DNA of 61,844 nucleotides, the filler included, from Candidatus Woesearchaeota archaeon CG1_02_57_44 (GTDB taxonomy: Archaea; Nanobdellota; Nanobdellia; Woesearchaeales; CG1-02-57-44), in assembly GCA_001871415.1 (NCBI GenBank). It is 6 parts of 6 records of this genome, joined end to end, with 100 filler letters (N's around TTAATTAATTAA, not from the genome) between each part and the next. Parts side by side here need not be neighbours in the genome. Positions count along the whole stretch, not along the records: positions 31,340 to 39,810 come from MNWW01000052.1; positions 39,911 to 48,820 come from MNWW01000023.1; 4 more parts are not named here. One strand, given 5' to 3'. The notes below the pieces were generated by a model. The model was given only the letters and a program-made list of their open reading frames with translations. It was not told the DNA's origin and did not search any database. A program made the translations under genes and the position numbers. Shown here piece after piece: positions 33,302-45,900 of this stretch (positions are counted from its first letter, which is position 1; each line of letters opens with the position of its first letter).

Positions 33302-34369
33302 ATGAGCGATACCGCATCACCTGCCATCAAGAAGAAGCTCTCCTGCGCCATCGTCGGCGCCACTGGCGTCGCGGGCCAGCAGTTCGTCGAAGGACTACAG
33401 GGGCATCCGTGGTTCACCATAACACACCTGTTCGCGAGCGAGCGCTCTGCCGGCAAGGTCTACAAGGAGGCCGCGGTCTGGCATGGCGAAGGGAGCCATC
33501 CTGCGGACATCGCGGACATGGTTGTCCTTTCCACGGATGATATCGAGCGCGAGGCCGCGAACATCGATATCTTCTTCTCCGCTCTTCCCAGTGAGACCGC
33601 TCGCGAGATAGAAGGGAGGTGCGCAGCGTTCAAACCGGTCATCAGCACGGCGGCTGCCTACCGCTATGACGACGATGTACCTATCCTGATACCGGAAGTC
33701 AATGCTGACCATGCCCTCCTTATCAGGAAACAAAAGGAGCGCGGCTGGAAGGGATTCGTCGTCCCCGGAAGCAACTGCACGACGGTGGGTCTCGCTATCG
33801 CGCTCAAACCGGTCATGGACAACTTCGGCATCAAGCGCGTCATCATGACGAGCCTGCAGGCGCTCTCTGGTGCTGGTTATCCGGGTGTCGCGAGCATGGA
33901 CATCCTTGATAATGTCATCCCCTACATCGGCAAGGAAGAAGAGAAGGTCAAGAAAGAGCTGGTCAAGATAATCCCTGGCACATATCTCGTCGGCGCGACC
34001 TGCACACGCGTGCATGTCAGAGATGGGCATACCGAGACTGTCACGGTCGAGACAGAGAAGCCATGCACGCCAGAATCCTTCATGGCCGCTGTCGTCGGAT
34101 TCAACAAGAAGTGCCGTGAGCAGTTCGGGCCCTTGCCGAGCGCGCCGAATGAGACTATCGTGCTCGCTGACGGCGTGAATCGACCGCAGCCCCGGCTGGA
34201 CAGGAATACGCACAACGGTATGGCTACGGTCGTCGGCAGGATACGGACCGAGGATGTGTTCCCGAACAGCATCAGCTTCGTGCTGCTCTCGCACAACACC
34301 AAGCGGGGCGCTGCTCTCGGCGAGATACTGACAGCGGAGTATCTCTACAAGCAGGGGTATATCGCGTAG
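33302..34369 (+). CDS. asd: Aspartate-semialdehyde dehydrogenase (archaeal type)
   Basis: GATGVAGQ, ASERSAGK, SNCTT, QALSGAGYPG, HNTKRGAA. Confidence 0.92.
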   Translation: MSDTASPAIKKKLSCAIVGATGVAGQQFVEGLQGHPWFTITHLFASERSAGKVYKEAAVWHGEGSHPADIADMVVLSTDDIEREAANIDIFFSALPSETAREIEGRCAAFKPVISTAAAYRYDDDVPILIPEVNADHALLIRKQKERGWKGFVVPGSNCTTVGLAIALKPVMDNFGIKRVIMTSLQALSGAGYPGVASMDILDNVIPYIGKEEEKVKKELVKIIPGTYLVGATCTRVHVRDGHTETVTVETEKPCTPESFMAAVVGFNKKCREQFGPLPSAPNETIVLADGVNRPQPRLDRNTHNGMATVVGRIRTEDVFPNSISFVLLSHNTKRGAALGEILTAEYLYKQGYIA

Positions 34370-34406
34370 CGGGGCTTTCTTTCATCCCGTCTTTCCTATG
34401 CCCGCT

Positions 34407-35924
34407 TCATATGCCGCGCTGCTGCGCTTGCATGATCACCGTGCCAATACCGGGGAATGGACCCTGGTCCGCATGATAGCAGCGCACAGCAGCGCGCGCG
34501 GCTGGAGAGCTAGGGCCTACCGACTCCCTGATTATCCGTGACTCTAGCCGCATCGCCTCTGCCCAGGCACCATGCGCCTCCCGGGGGAGCATGAAGTCTA
34601 TCTGCTCTCTTGTATAGGTCGCGCCATCGCATTCCATTGTGTAATTTCTGCTCGACATCACTCTTCGGAGGTCGACCATATCGAGCACAGGGACAGGACC
34701 GTCTTCCATTCTGGCATCGCGGAGCATCCGATAGGCAGCGAACGCATCATCAATGGAACGCGCATGTATCGCCGCATCCATGGCTGACCTGAGCCCATCC
34801 GCGAACGTCGCCTCGCCTCCTAGCATCATCTGCAAGCCTGAAGATCCAATGAGCAGCCGCTCTCGCTGTTCTGTGTGGAGCACGTAGGTCCCCTCGCCAC
34901 CACCAGCATCGCGCATCGCGGCACGTGTTTGTCTCAGTGGCCATCCGAGCAGTCCAGAGATCTCCCTGGGCGTGTACAGCGCTGTGCAATGCGTCGCCAG
35001 GATGCTGTTGTTGATATTCTCCTGCGCCAGGAACCGCTTGACTGTCCAGCCCTGCACGCTCCATCGCTTTCCTTCCCGTGTGCCCCGGTATCGCCTTCTC
35101 GCTAGATTCCTCTCCAGCAGCGATGTGCTCATCCCGAGGGCTTGCAGGTCTGCTATGGAATACCATTGCTCGGGGTCCAGCTGCGCCACGCGTTCGGTCA
35201 CTGCCTGTGCTTCCTGCTTCACGTCCCTCAACAACGCAATCTCTGGCTCGCTCAGGATACGATTGTTCCCTCGTTTGGTCCCTAAGCCAAGCCGCATGAC
35301 GGTTCCTGCGAGTGATGAGTAAGTCATGTGCAATTCAGCCGCCACAGTGCGCATGTTGCTGGGTCCGTGGCCGTTGTCCTCCGCTCGCCATTGGATAAGG
35401 GCGCCGAAGGGCAGGGCATGGGATGCTCCTCTGTGGGACGCGCTGTTGCCATAATATGCGACATACTGGCGATTGCTGCTCACTACGTAGCGCATCGCTG
35501 CTTGCTTACTGAGTCCTGTCTGGTCCATGAATGCTTCCAGGCTCAGGTAATCATCAGATGCCTCTATCGCGTCCCACAATGCACTGCCATGCACGCTATC
35601 TTCCGGATGCATCCAGTGCAGGACGTCATCGCCGTAGACTGTTGTCGCGTCAAGACAGATGCAACCATCAGGGATGTTTCTTTTCTTCACTACTTGGTCT
35701 GCCAGACCGCTTTCGCCCTTCCGATTCAGACGATTCTGGAGCGCGTCCAGTGCCGCGCCAAGCGATCCAAAGTGCAATGGCTCTGCTAGTTCTGGCCGCT
35801 TCTTCGCTTGTATCGCTCCCAGTAGCCGGGGGTGGTGCTCTTCCAAGTAGCTCTGTGTGATGGGCGTATGGTCTCCCGCAATCTCCTCGAGTCTATTGAG
35901 GATTTTCCTTCTGCTCCATCGCAT
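34407..35924 (-). CDS. Multi-HTH DNA-binding protein, paralog 1
   Basis: N-terminal FGSLGAALDAL domain shared with its neighbour; repeated HTH-like segments (MRTVAAELHMT, YSIADL, YTPREISGLLGW). Confidence 0.7.
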   Translation of the reverse strand: MRWSRRKILNRLEEIAGDHTPITQSYLEEHHPRLLGAIQAKKRPELAEPLHFGSLGAALDALQNRLNRKGESGLADQVVKKRNIPDGCICLDATTVYGDDVLHWMHPEDSVHGSALWDAIEASDDYLSLEAFMDQTGLSKQAAMRYVVSSNRQYVAYYGNSASHRGASHALPFGALIQWRAEDNGHGPSNMRTVAAELHMTYSSLAGTVMRLGLGTKRGNNRILSEPEIALLRDVKQEAQAVTERVAQLDPEQWYSIADLQALGMSTSLLERNLARRRYRGTREGKRWSVQGWTVKRFLAQENINNSILATHCTALYTPREISGLLGWPLRQTRAAMRDAGGGEGTYVLHTEQRERLLIGSSGLQMMLGGEATFADGLRSAMDAAIHARSIDDAFAAYRMLRDARMEDGPVPVLDMVDLRRVMSSRNYTMECDGATYTREQIDFMLPREAHGAWAEAMRLESRIIRESVGPSSPAARAAVRCYHADQGPFPGIGTVIMQAQQRGI

Positions 35925-36060
35925 GGCTAATGGAAAATTACTCTTGGCTAAAATATTATGCCTTGGGCCGTACGAAATACAGATGCTGTGGCGTAGTGCT
36001 GGGTGGGGGGCTGACTGGATATCAAGAACCTGTAGGGGCCACTGCACACACCTTCGTAGA

Positions 36061-37497
36061 TCATGCTCCGCGTATCTTCTCGGATGCGAATTCTACAAAC
36101 GTGATATCACTTGTCTGCGGCACATAGCTTCTTACCGCTATGGCAAGTGCATCATGCTGGGCATAGGGGGCATTCGTCGGCAGCAGATCTCTCCAAGCGT
36201 ATACGAGCATATCTTCCAGACCACTGAGCAAGGTGCGGGCTGTGTGGAGCGTCTCTGCATCAGGCAACAGCGCCCTTGCCTCTACCGGACTATACTCCTC
36301 GCCTATGATCAATCGCTCATATCGCTTGAATTCCATGAAACTGCATACGAGCGATAGATCTCCTGCAGGGACCTGTAGGTCTTGTGTGCAGGGTCTCTGA
36401 TTGTGGGCGCGCAGCACTGCTGCCGCGGCCATCGCCTCGTCCCGCTGCTCCTTTGGTACGTTATTCCGCCATGCTTGCGCAGCACTCATCGCTTTCCGGA
36501 GATCAGTGGCGTAACTCGTCGTAGTCTCTTTGAGGTGCGCGTCGGCATTTTCCGGATCCTGCAGAGCATTGATCGCAGCTGTCGTGTACAAGACCTTGCT
36601 TCGCTCATCTCCTTTGCACATCCGGAACGCGCATCCAGGATGTGCTTCTTCCAGCGCGCTCATCTTCCGCTGGATATACTGCCTAGTCCGCCCTCTCTGC
36701 TCCATCACGTCGTCGATCGTGTGCAGGTTCTCCCGATGATCCGCCACCAATTGCAGCATGTTGTTGCTTGCTGCTGCAGCCACTTTCTCCAACAGGACTT
36801 TTTCTTTTTCGTCAAGGATTCTACTGCCTCTGAACCATGCGCCTAACCCAAGCGTCCTGCAGACGTCTCCCAGATATTTCTCCGTGCGTCCCCAGGCATC
36901 GGCCAACGCAGGTATGCCGTCTCTGCTCAGCCTCTGGCTCAGGTCAAGGTAGCGCTCTACTGCCTCTGGATGCACGGCATATTCTACTTGGTGTCCATCC
37001 TCATATCGCACGCCCCATTCGGGGAACTCTCGCAGGATCGCGATGTGTGCTTTCGTCCTTGTTATGCCTGCCCTTTTGGCAATCTTTGCGGTCACTACCC
37101 ATCCGGTCTCAAGGAGGTGCTCGAATAGCTCTGAGCCATCTTGCATCCCGTTGTTCAGCCAATACTGCTCCCTGTTTCCTGGCGCGGGTACATCACCTCT
37201 CCTGAGCACAGGTATGCGCTGGCTGACCTTCTGCAGCCCTGGTGGAAGTGGCGGCGGTGTCAGCATCATTCGGAGCACTGTCGCATCCTGCTCGCGTCCT
37301 TCTTGAGTATACTTGTCCGCGAGCGCGTCAAGGGCTGCGGGAACAGAGCCGAAGCTTTGTGGCGCTGGCTCTAATATGTCTGAATAGAGTGGATAATAGT
37401 CTCTGCTCAGGTCGGAGGCTCTTATGCTTTTTCCTGAGGAGTATATCTCGTCGAGACTTCTCAGGATTCTCCCTTTAGTTCTCCGTTTTCTTGTCAT
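36061..37497 (-). CDS. Multi-HTH DNA-binding protein with sigma70-region-2-like C-terminus, paralog 2
   Basis: FGSVPAALDAL; HTH-like segments; ends LAIAVRSYVPQTSDITFVEFASEKIRGA. Confidence 0.7.
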   Translation of the reverse strand: MTRKRRTKGRILRSLDEIYSSGKSIRASDLSRDYYPLYSDILEPAPQSFGSVPAALDALADKYTQEGREQDATVLRMMLTPPPLPPGLQKVSQRIPVLRRGDVPAPGNREQYWLNNGMQDGSELFEHLLETGWVVTAKIAKRAGITRTKAHIAILREFPEWGVRYEDGHQVEYAVHPEAVERYLDLSQRLSRDGIPALADAWGRTEKYLGDVCRTLGLGAWFRGSRILDEKEKVLLEKVAAAASNNMLQLVADHRENLHTIDDVMEQRGRTRQYIQRKMSALEEAHPGCAFRMCKGDERSKVLYTTAAINALQDPENADAHLKETTTSYATDLRKAMSAAQAWRNNVPKEQRDEAMAAAAVLRAHNQRPCTQDLQVPAGDLSLVCSFMEFKRYERLIIGEEYSPVEARALLPDAETLHTARTLLSGLEDMLVYAWRDLLPTNAPYAQHDALAIAVRSYVPQTSDITFVEFASEKIRGA

Positions 37498-37807
37498 CTT
37501 GGTTGGCGCTCTATCGGGGGCATATTTTAGTATACCTATACTGCGGTGGCTTATTGGTTGTCGGGGGGTGCCCGGGCCCTCGCGAGCCCGGGTGATGGGC
37601 TAGAATTTATGGAGATATTTGTCACTGTGAAGTCCTAAATGATATATAAAACTTTCGGTTTGTGACTATTGCGGAGTGGTTTCAAATCGGTCTGAACAGA
37701 GGGGTGTGGCGTGGGCCTGTGGGGTGCTGCGATGGTCAGGGTATGGAGCTCTTACGTATTTCACTCTTTTTTGCGAAGCTCGAGGTATGGGGCTCTTGCG
37801 CACGCCG

Positions 37808-37852
37808 GCCATCAACTGCTATGCCATCAACTGCTGTCCAATCAACTGCTAT
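37808..37852 (+). repeat. 15-bp tandem repeat x3
   Basis: gccatcaactgctat gccatcaactgctgt ccaatcaactgctat. Confidence 0.85.
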
Positions 37853-37991
37853 CACTTCTGTATTACTGCCGTTCTCGCACTGCTTGATGCGCTGAGCATC
37901 CTGTATGGGGCTGGTCTCCTGTGTTCTTCTCCCTCCCTCTGTTGCTTCTCCCAGCAAAACGCTTTTATAACTGGCTGCGGTTGTGATGATC

Positions 37992-39731
37992 ATGACACGC
38001 ATCGCGGTCATCCGGAAAGAGGACTGCCATCCTGACAAGTGCGGCAACTACCTGTGCGCGAGGCTCTGCCCTGTCAACCGTACCGGTACGGAGTGCATCG
38101 TCAAGCAAGACGATAAGGCGTTCATCCACGAAGACCTCTGCACGGGCTGCGGCATCTGTCCTAAGCGCTGCCCGTTCGGCGCCATCACCATCATCAATCT
38201 GCCGGAAGAACTTGCATCACCTATCCATCGCTTCGGGCCTAATGGCTTCGCGCTCTACAGCTTGCCCATGCCGGTCGAAGGCAAGGTCGCAGGCATCATC
38301 GGCAGAAACGCGCTCGGAAAAAGCACAGCTATCAAGGTATTGGCAGGACTCATCAAGCCCAATCTTGGCACAGACAAGGAGACCGGGCATGACGAGCTCA
38401 TCTCGTTCTTCAAGGGCACGCAGACGCAGGCGTTCCTGGAGCAGGTGCGCGACGGAAAGGTCGCCATCAGCTTCAAGCCCCAGCAAGTCGATATGATTCC
38501 CAAGAGCTACAAAGGGACGGTCGGCGCTCTGCTGGCAAAGGTCGTCGAGCCCGTGGCAAAGGCTGAGACCATCGCGGCACTGTCACTGGGTCATCTGCTA
38601 GAGCACGATATAGCGACGCTCTCCGGCGGCGAGCTGCAGCGCGTGGCCATCGCCGCTGCCTGCATCAGGCCCGCGCAGCTCTACATCCTCGACGAGCCCA
38701 CAAGTTATCTGGATATCCGTCAGCGCATATTGCTCTCGCGTTTCATGGAGCAGCTCTCGCAGCGCGCCAGCGTCATCCTCATCGAGCACGACCTCATCAT
38801 CCTGGATTACCTGGCGGACCAGGTGCAGATAATGTACGGCCGCGAAGGCGCCTACGGCGTGGTCAGCAGGACCAGGCCGGTCAGGACAGGGATCAATGTG
38901 TATCTGTCGGGGTATCTGAAAGAGGAGAACATCCGTTTCAGGGACCAACCCATCAAATTCTCTGAGCATCCCCCTACCGCCACCAAGGCGAAACAGCATC
39001 TGGTCTCCTGGGAGGGCATCAAAGCGCAGCGAGGCGATTTCCTGCTCGACGCTCCTGCAGGCCAGCTGCCCAAAGGATTCGCCTGCGGTGTCCTGGGAGA
39101 GAACGGGACCGGCAAGACCACGTTCGTCAAGATACTCGCGGGCGTGGACAAGCAGGATTCCGGGACCATCGATGCCAGCATCAAGGTCGCCTACAAGCCT
39201 CAGTACCTCACGGTGGAAGAAGACACTCTGGTCCTCGCCGTGCTGCCGGGTATCGCCAGCAAGCGTGCGCTCATGACCGGTCTGAACCTTGAACCCCTGC
39301 TGCAAAAACAGCTCTCATGGCTGTCCGGTGGCGAGCTGCAGCGCGTCGCGCTCGCTCGTTGCTTGAGCCAGGATGCGGGCCTGTTTCTGCTCGACGAGCC
39401 CAGTGCGTATCTGGACATCGAGCAGCGTTTGGGTCTCGCCAAGCTCATCAAGGAGCTGACCTCTGTGGAAGGCAAGACGGTCCTGGTCGTGGATCATGAC
39501 TTGCTGTTCCTCGACGCCATCAGCGACTTCATGATGGTATTCTCCGGTGAACCAGGAACGCGCGGAGTCGTCGGCGCGCCGGTCCCTCTGGAAGACGCTA
39601 TGAACACCTTCCTTCGCAGCCTGGGCATCACCATGCGCAGGGACGAAGACTCCAAACGCCCGCGCATCAACAAGCTGGACAGCAGGAAAGACCGTGAACA
39701 GAAGGCGAGCGGGAAGCTGTATTATGGGTGA
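37992..39731 (+). CDS. rli: Ribosome recycling ATPase ABCE1/RLI
   Basis: N-terminal 2x[4Fe-4S] Cys pattern, two ABC cassettes (LSGGELQR), C-terminal RPRINKLDSRKDREQK. Confidence 0.97.
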   Translation: MTRIAVIRKEDCHPDKCGNYLCARLCPVNRTGTECIVKQDDKAFIHEDLCTGCGICPKRCPFGAITIINLPEELASPIHRFGPNGFALYSLPMPVEGKVAGIIGRNALGKSTAIKVLAGLIKPNLGTDKETGHDELISFFKGTQTQAFLEQVRDGKVAISFKPQQVDMIPKSYKGTVGALLAKVVEPVAKAETIAALSLGHLLEHDIATLSGGELQRVAIAAACIRPAQLYILDEPTSYLDIRQRILLSRFMEQLSQRASVILIEHDLIILDYLADQVQIMYGREGAYGVVSRTRPVRTGINVYLSGYLKEENIRFRDQPIKFSEHPPTATKAKQHLVSWEGIKAQRGDFLLDAPAGQLPKGFACGVLGENGTGKTTFVKILAGVDKQDSGTIDASIKVAYKPQYLTVEEDTLVLAVLPGIASKRALMTGLNLEPLLQKQLSWLSGGELQRVALARCLSQDAGLFLLDEPSAYLDIEQRLGLAKLIKELTSVEGKTVLVVDHDLLFLDAISDFMMVFSGEPGTRGVVGAPVPLEDAMNTFLRSLGITMRRDEDSKRPRINKLDSRKDREQKASGKLYYG

Positions 39732-39810
39732 TGCGGAGAAAGCGTGCTCGCGAATCTCCTTACTCCTGTCGTCATGATGGATATCGTTCTTTTCTTCTCT
39801 TTCTTTCCTC

Positions 39811-39910
39811 NNNNNNNNNNNNNNNNNNNNNNNNNNNNNNNNNNNNNNNNNNNNTTAATTAATTAANNNNNNNNNNNNNNNNNNNNNNNNNNNNNNNNNN
39901 NNNNNNNNNN
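39811..39910. other. Artificial contig spacer
   Basis: N-TTAATTAATTAA-N. Confidence 0.98.
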
Positions 39911-42900
39911 GTGGAGGCGACGGCATCGAGCGAGTGGACGCTCTGGGGCTTCAATCTCGATTTCCCAGGCACCACAGCGACGCCGGCAACAGACGGCAGA
40001 GCGACCATCACAATCCCCAGCAGCCAGACGACCATCAATTTCCTCATGGTGCCGGCGTCAGGATGCTATTACACAGACAGCGCGCGTGTTCCGGAGTCAG
40101 ACCTGACCGTGACGCATTACAAGGGCAACACTATCATCGACCTGTCATGGCAGAATGATTGCGATAATGTGGTGCAATACAGGCTGGAAGTGGTGCGCAA
40201 TGGTGTGACCACCCCACTGGCGACACGCACGGCGACTCCTTCAGGGACCTTCTTCGCAAAAGACGAGCAGTTCTCCTTCTCCCACACCAACATCCCCAAG
40301 GAGGAGACGATCACCTACCGCCTCAAGACCTACTATGCCACCGGCATGGTCAAGACGCAGGAAGAGCAGGTCTTCACGGGTCATCGCGAGTGCTTTGAGC
40401 AGGGCAACCAGAACGGGTTCTGCGCTACGCCGGTCACTATCCGCACGGCCGCAGGAGCCGCGCGTACCCCCCCGATACTGACTACTGAGCAGGATGCTAC
40501 TATCGAATACGACTGGTCTGCGTTGCCGGTCCTGCAGCTTCAATGCACGGATGACAATATCGCTGAGCTGGTCCCTTTGGTCGGAGTCTGTCCCCTCTCA
40601 GAGCAAGCCACGGCTACAGGGCCATCGCTTTGCATCCAGTCTCCCACTGGTACGATGTGCTCTCGCCAGCAGGACTGCAGGAACCTGGCTTCGGGAATGC
40701 CATTCGGGCTCTTCTTCAGCAAGGACTCTTGCGAGTACACTGTCAGCGAGGGCGAGTCAAAGAGGAACTATTGTTATCTGGACGTATCCTACACCAGCAG
40801 GGACTCCTGCTACAGTTGCGCTGATGTGAAGATGTGCGCTGATTACCGTAGCCAGCAGGCGTGCGACGGCACAGATGGCGACGCGTGCGGCGTCGGGGAA
40901 TTATACGGCGGCACAGGATGCTCCTGGATACCCGGTCCGTTCCCCGGCAAGGGATTCTGCACGGACACCAGTTATGCGCAAAAGGCGTTCGACAATGAAT
41001 TGCAGTACATACCGCAGTCAAGCGATGACCCGACGGGAACCGCGTATTGCGGCGAGTGCAGCTTCACGGCAGGAGAGTCATCAGGCAAGACCAGCAGCGC
41101 GCTATTCAGCAATGTCAACTGCACGCAGGATATCTGCGGCGGCCTTGGCGCGTGCTACTCCAAGGAGCGGACAGTGCAATATGGCGCAACAGCATCAACA
41201 GCTCCCAAGGAGCTCTCCTGCGATGCCTGCCAGCAAAGCACCACGTGCTACACGTTCAACACGCAGGACGCGTGTGCAGGCAATCAGAACTTCCAGATAG
41301 ACCCGCTCGGCGGTCAGCGCGTCAACACGCCCGAGCATTTCCTGTTCAGCGAAGGCGCGTGCAACCTGGGTGTTTGCAGCTGGTCGACATCATCAGCGCA
41401 GGCGAAATGCTTCAAAGACGGCGACAGCAATGGCGCCGATGATTGCGCGGGTCTCGCGGGGGCAGAACAGCAGCAGTGCAGACTGGACATGCAGCCCCCG
41501 GCCATCAACCTGGTCATGCGCAGCAGCGTGGAGGGCGAGCCGGTATTCAATCTGCAGGGCGGCAGCATGGAGTTCACGATAGCAGACAACGCGCCTGTGG
41601 ACGCGGTGATCCTCAAATACTGCATCACGCAGGGCAGAGCGCCGTGCACGGCGTTCCAGAATATTGTCAAGGGCGCTGACGACAAATGGACCCTGCCTAT
41701 CAGCGCCAGCGATGCCACCTCCGGATGGGCGCAGGGCGAGAACACCATCTGGTACTATGCGCAGGACAAGTACCACAACACCGCACCGCTGCAGTCAGCG
41801 CAGTTCACCGTAGACACCATAGCGCCGGTGATGCGGGTGGTCGTGCCCATCGAGGAGGAGCCGCTGGACGGCGTCTTGTCCAATGCGGACCTGACCCTCG
41901 CGGTGACCGAGGTCAACGGTCAGGCAGAGCAGGTCATCTGCCAGCCATTCACGCTGATGTTTTTGAATCCACCGCAGGATGGCAGCGCTTACGCGGGCAT
42001 CGGTGTCACGCAACCGGACGATCTGACAGGATCGTCATTCGCCATTGGCCTCACCAGCATTCCTGATGACGCGTATCGTATGGGCGTCTCCTGCGTGGAC
42101 ATGCATGGCAATGCGGCATCGCCGCAGGCGCTCCCATTCCGCATCGACGCCTACCATCGCATCTTTGACACCGTGCCTCTGGGCATGGTCAACACCGCGA
42201 CCGTCGATTTGGGCCTGAGCACCAATGATCCGGGAGTCTGCAGATACCAGCGTCAGTTTCCTCTGCCTGCGGGCACGACCTCGGAGTTCATGCGGGGCGC
42301 GCAGTCCTCCAGCGATGATGGCACCTACTACCCTTATACGGCGTCGGTCGGCGGCCATGACACGGGCTACTACTCCTATGCGGTGGCGTGCAGGTATCCG
42401 GATATCTGCGCGAACGACCCTCCGGACTGTCCGGAGGATACTGCGAACATCAATTTCCTGGTGGACCGTCAACCCCCCACACTGACCTACACAATCGATG
42501 GCGAATCCATGACACAGGGCGAGATGCAAAATTACTTCCTCGTCCCGCGCGGCCCGACCACCGTGCAGATAGACTGCCATGACCCTGATATTGTATGGCC
42601 GCGCGATGGCGAGACCGACTCGCAGCAATTCACGCAGCCGGGCTACGGCTGCGCGGTGCTGATTGCGGGGGCTGATCAGTATGAGACCGTATGCAAGACA
42701 GGCGCGCAGGTCCTCGGCCAGCAAGGTCAGGCCAGTCAGCAGCTCTCGGCCACGGTCGTGCTCGATGACGCGAGCAGGCAATATTTTTGCGTCAGGGCGA
42801 CGGACGCAGGGGGCAATGAAGGGGACTGGTTTGGCATCGCGAACATCGACATCGACGTGATCCCGCCGCAGTTCAGCATCAACACCATCCAATACGAGAC

Positions 42901-45900
42901 AGACGGAGTTCTGCGCGATTTGCTCGGCGCGGATAATGACATCGCGGGAACTGGCAGCATCACTATCACCGGCGCTTATGCGCAGGGGCCTGCGAGCATC
43001 AAGGCAGTCTCCTCCTTCGACGCGGACGCCTCTAGGCACGAGGAGATCATAGTGGAACCGTCAACCGACGCGGGGACTTTCACCATAGCGAACCTGCCGC
43101 TCTTTGACACAGCGACAGCCGGCGCCAACACCATCACGCTCACCGCCACGGACGACGTGGGCAACGTGCAGACGATAACCCGCGCCATAACCCTTGATCG
43201 TATCGGGCCGGACATTCAGGTCACGACCAGCCCTGACGCGCCAGAGCATGGTGATCCCTTGGATTTCGCCGTTACAGCAACGGACACCAAGTACCTGAGC
43301 GATCTTCCAGACCAGCAGCAGATAGCGTCCATGAAGGTGCAGATACTATGTCGTGATACGCCGGAGTACGCGGTCGGCTGCGACTATGACGCAAATCCCC
43401 AGAATCCCCGGGTGTTTGACATGCAATACCTGGACGGCACCTGGTCTGCGCAGGTGATTCCTCAGGAGATAATATCTGACTCCGGCTACTATGACCTGCA
43501 TCCTGCGAATTACAAGGCACGCATCATCGCGACAGACGCGTTCGGCAACACCAACACCAAGGACGTCGATTTCGTGATACGCGACACGCACGGTCCGACC
43601 ATCACCGTGACTATCGACACGCCATACAGCATTGATCCGGGGACGCCCGCTGATCCTGATGATGACATCTTCAAGGTGATACGCGGCGCAAGCTATCCGG
43701 TGCATCTGGAATTCAGCGAGTACGCGACCATGCTCACTACGCCAGCTCCGGGATTCCGGCTCAAGTCTGGTGGCGCCACCTATCCGCTGACGCCAGACAC
43801 GACTGGTGGCACGACGACAGGCGCCACCATGGGCAAGGATTACACCATAGCGGACACGCAGCTCTTCTACCCTGCGTTTGATAACAAGGATGGTGTCAAT
43901 AGCGAGTTCGTGCTGCAGGCAAGAGACGTCTGGGGCAGCCTCAGCACCTCCGTCATCCGCAAGGATTTCATCATCGACACGCAGGGACCCGGCGTGCCCC
44001 GGATTGTCCCGGATCTTCCGGCATCGCCATCTGCCTCGCTCCGGCGGATATACACCAACAAGGACGAGTTCAATGCCACCGGGTTCCTCTTTGATTGGAG
44101 CAATGCCCGTGTGGGCGGGCAATCGCTAAGAGCAGTGCTTACGGGCGCGCAGACCGATACGGAGTCTGCCACCAGCGCGTCATTCTCTGATGTCGATCCT
44201 GACGCGCCGGATGTGGCGATAGTCTCTGTGCTTCCAGAGGATCCAACAGTGTACCGGGTGCCTGTCGGGAGCAATTCTTTCAAAGTGATAGGCGCGACAA
44301 GCCCGCTGTTCGAGCCAAACAGGTATGTCCAGATAGGCGCTGATGTGCTCTCTGGTGATGGCCCTGCGCAGGGTATCCGCAGCGACTTCCAGCGTTACAG
44401 GATAATCTCCATTACCAGCGTCTCTCCCACAGACGGCACCCGCACCATCACTATCGATCCGCCATTGGAGACGACGCTGGGCAACAGCGATGAGATATAC
44501 GCCTTCGACAGGCCAGTGCCCACCGGCTGGTTCCAGTTCACCATCCCGCTGGTCTTGGGTGAGCAGCAGCTGCGTCTCAAAGCACTCGACGAAGTCAATA
44601 TTGAATCCCTCAACCCGACCACTTATGCCATTGTCTATGACACGGAGGTTCCGGCGGGGCGCGTGGACTTCCCGGAGGCCAACTATGCAGGAACCACGTT
44701 GCACAACATCACCATCAATTTCACGGACGACCATGCCATCGACGCGACGACCGTGCTGGTCACCCTGACATCAGGCGATGACGTGCGCGAGCTCACCTGC
44801 GCTGATCTGACCTGCGTGCTGGGCGCTGATGGAAAGAGCATCCTCATCCGGCTCATGCCCGTGACATTGCCGCCGGGTGATTGGAATGTCAAGGCCGAGA
44901 TCAAGGACAAGGCAGAAAACCAGGCATCTGTGCAGCGTGATTTCATCCTCTACGTGCAGCCGCAGGCCCCTGTCTTCACCTTCCCGCCGCAGACCATGTA
45001 TGTTGGCAGCCACAGCATCTATGGGGCCACTAATCTGGGCACCGGGTGGGGTCACGACACCATACAGATGGCAGGACGCGATCCTGATCATCTGGCTGGC
45101 TACACCGTGGAGATCCGCATGGCGCAGCAGAGCGTGAATCCCGCGGTCACGACAGGCACAACTACCCCCGGCTGGTTCATGCAGCAGGATAGCGTGACCG
45201 CACAGGCGCCGACCACGACAGCGTCCGCTACTGTGGAAGGCGATGGCGCAAGCCATGCCAGCTGGACACAAAGCACGGTGCAGTTCGCGCCATATGCCGC
45301 TGTCAGCGGCTGCGTGGACTTCGGTCAGCAGCGCAGGAACGGGCTGTTCTACTCCATCAATGGCGCCGCTCAGGCCATCGGCACCAGCGGTGAGTTCGGG
45401 CAGATAGCGCTTCATCAGATGCTTGAATTCCCTGTGGCGCATCAGGCGCCAGTGACCTTCACCGACAGCTGCGAGCCGCAGGGTTGGTTCGGCTGGGCAG
45501 TCGGTTATCCCGACAATCTGCCTGATGGCACCTATTACTATTACGCGCGCACCACGCGTCAGGTCACGCCCGCCGTGAATGTGCAGGGTCCCTGGAGCGC
45601 TGAGCGTGTGCTTGTCGTGGACCATGTCCCCCCGGTCATTGACACCTTTGGTCCTACGGACAAGACCGTGATGGTCGAGCAGGTCGGCGCCATCAGTTTC
45701 CATGTCTTCGATGGCATCTCAGGCATCAACTGGTCGACGCTGTATTTCAATCTGACGTGGATACGCAGGGACGAGGTCACTGGAGAATATCATAGCCAGC
45801 TGTACGTGCTGGGTCCGGATGATGTGCAGATTACTCCTTTGTCAGACGCGCTTGGCAGCGGCTATGATGTGCGCATGACTGAAGGGGGACCCTTCGATGG

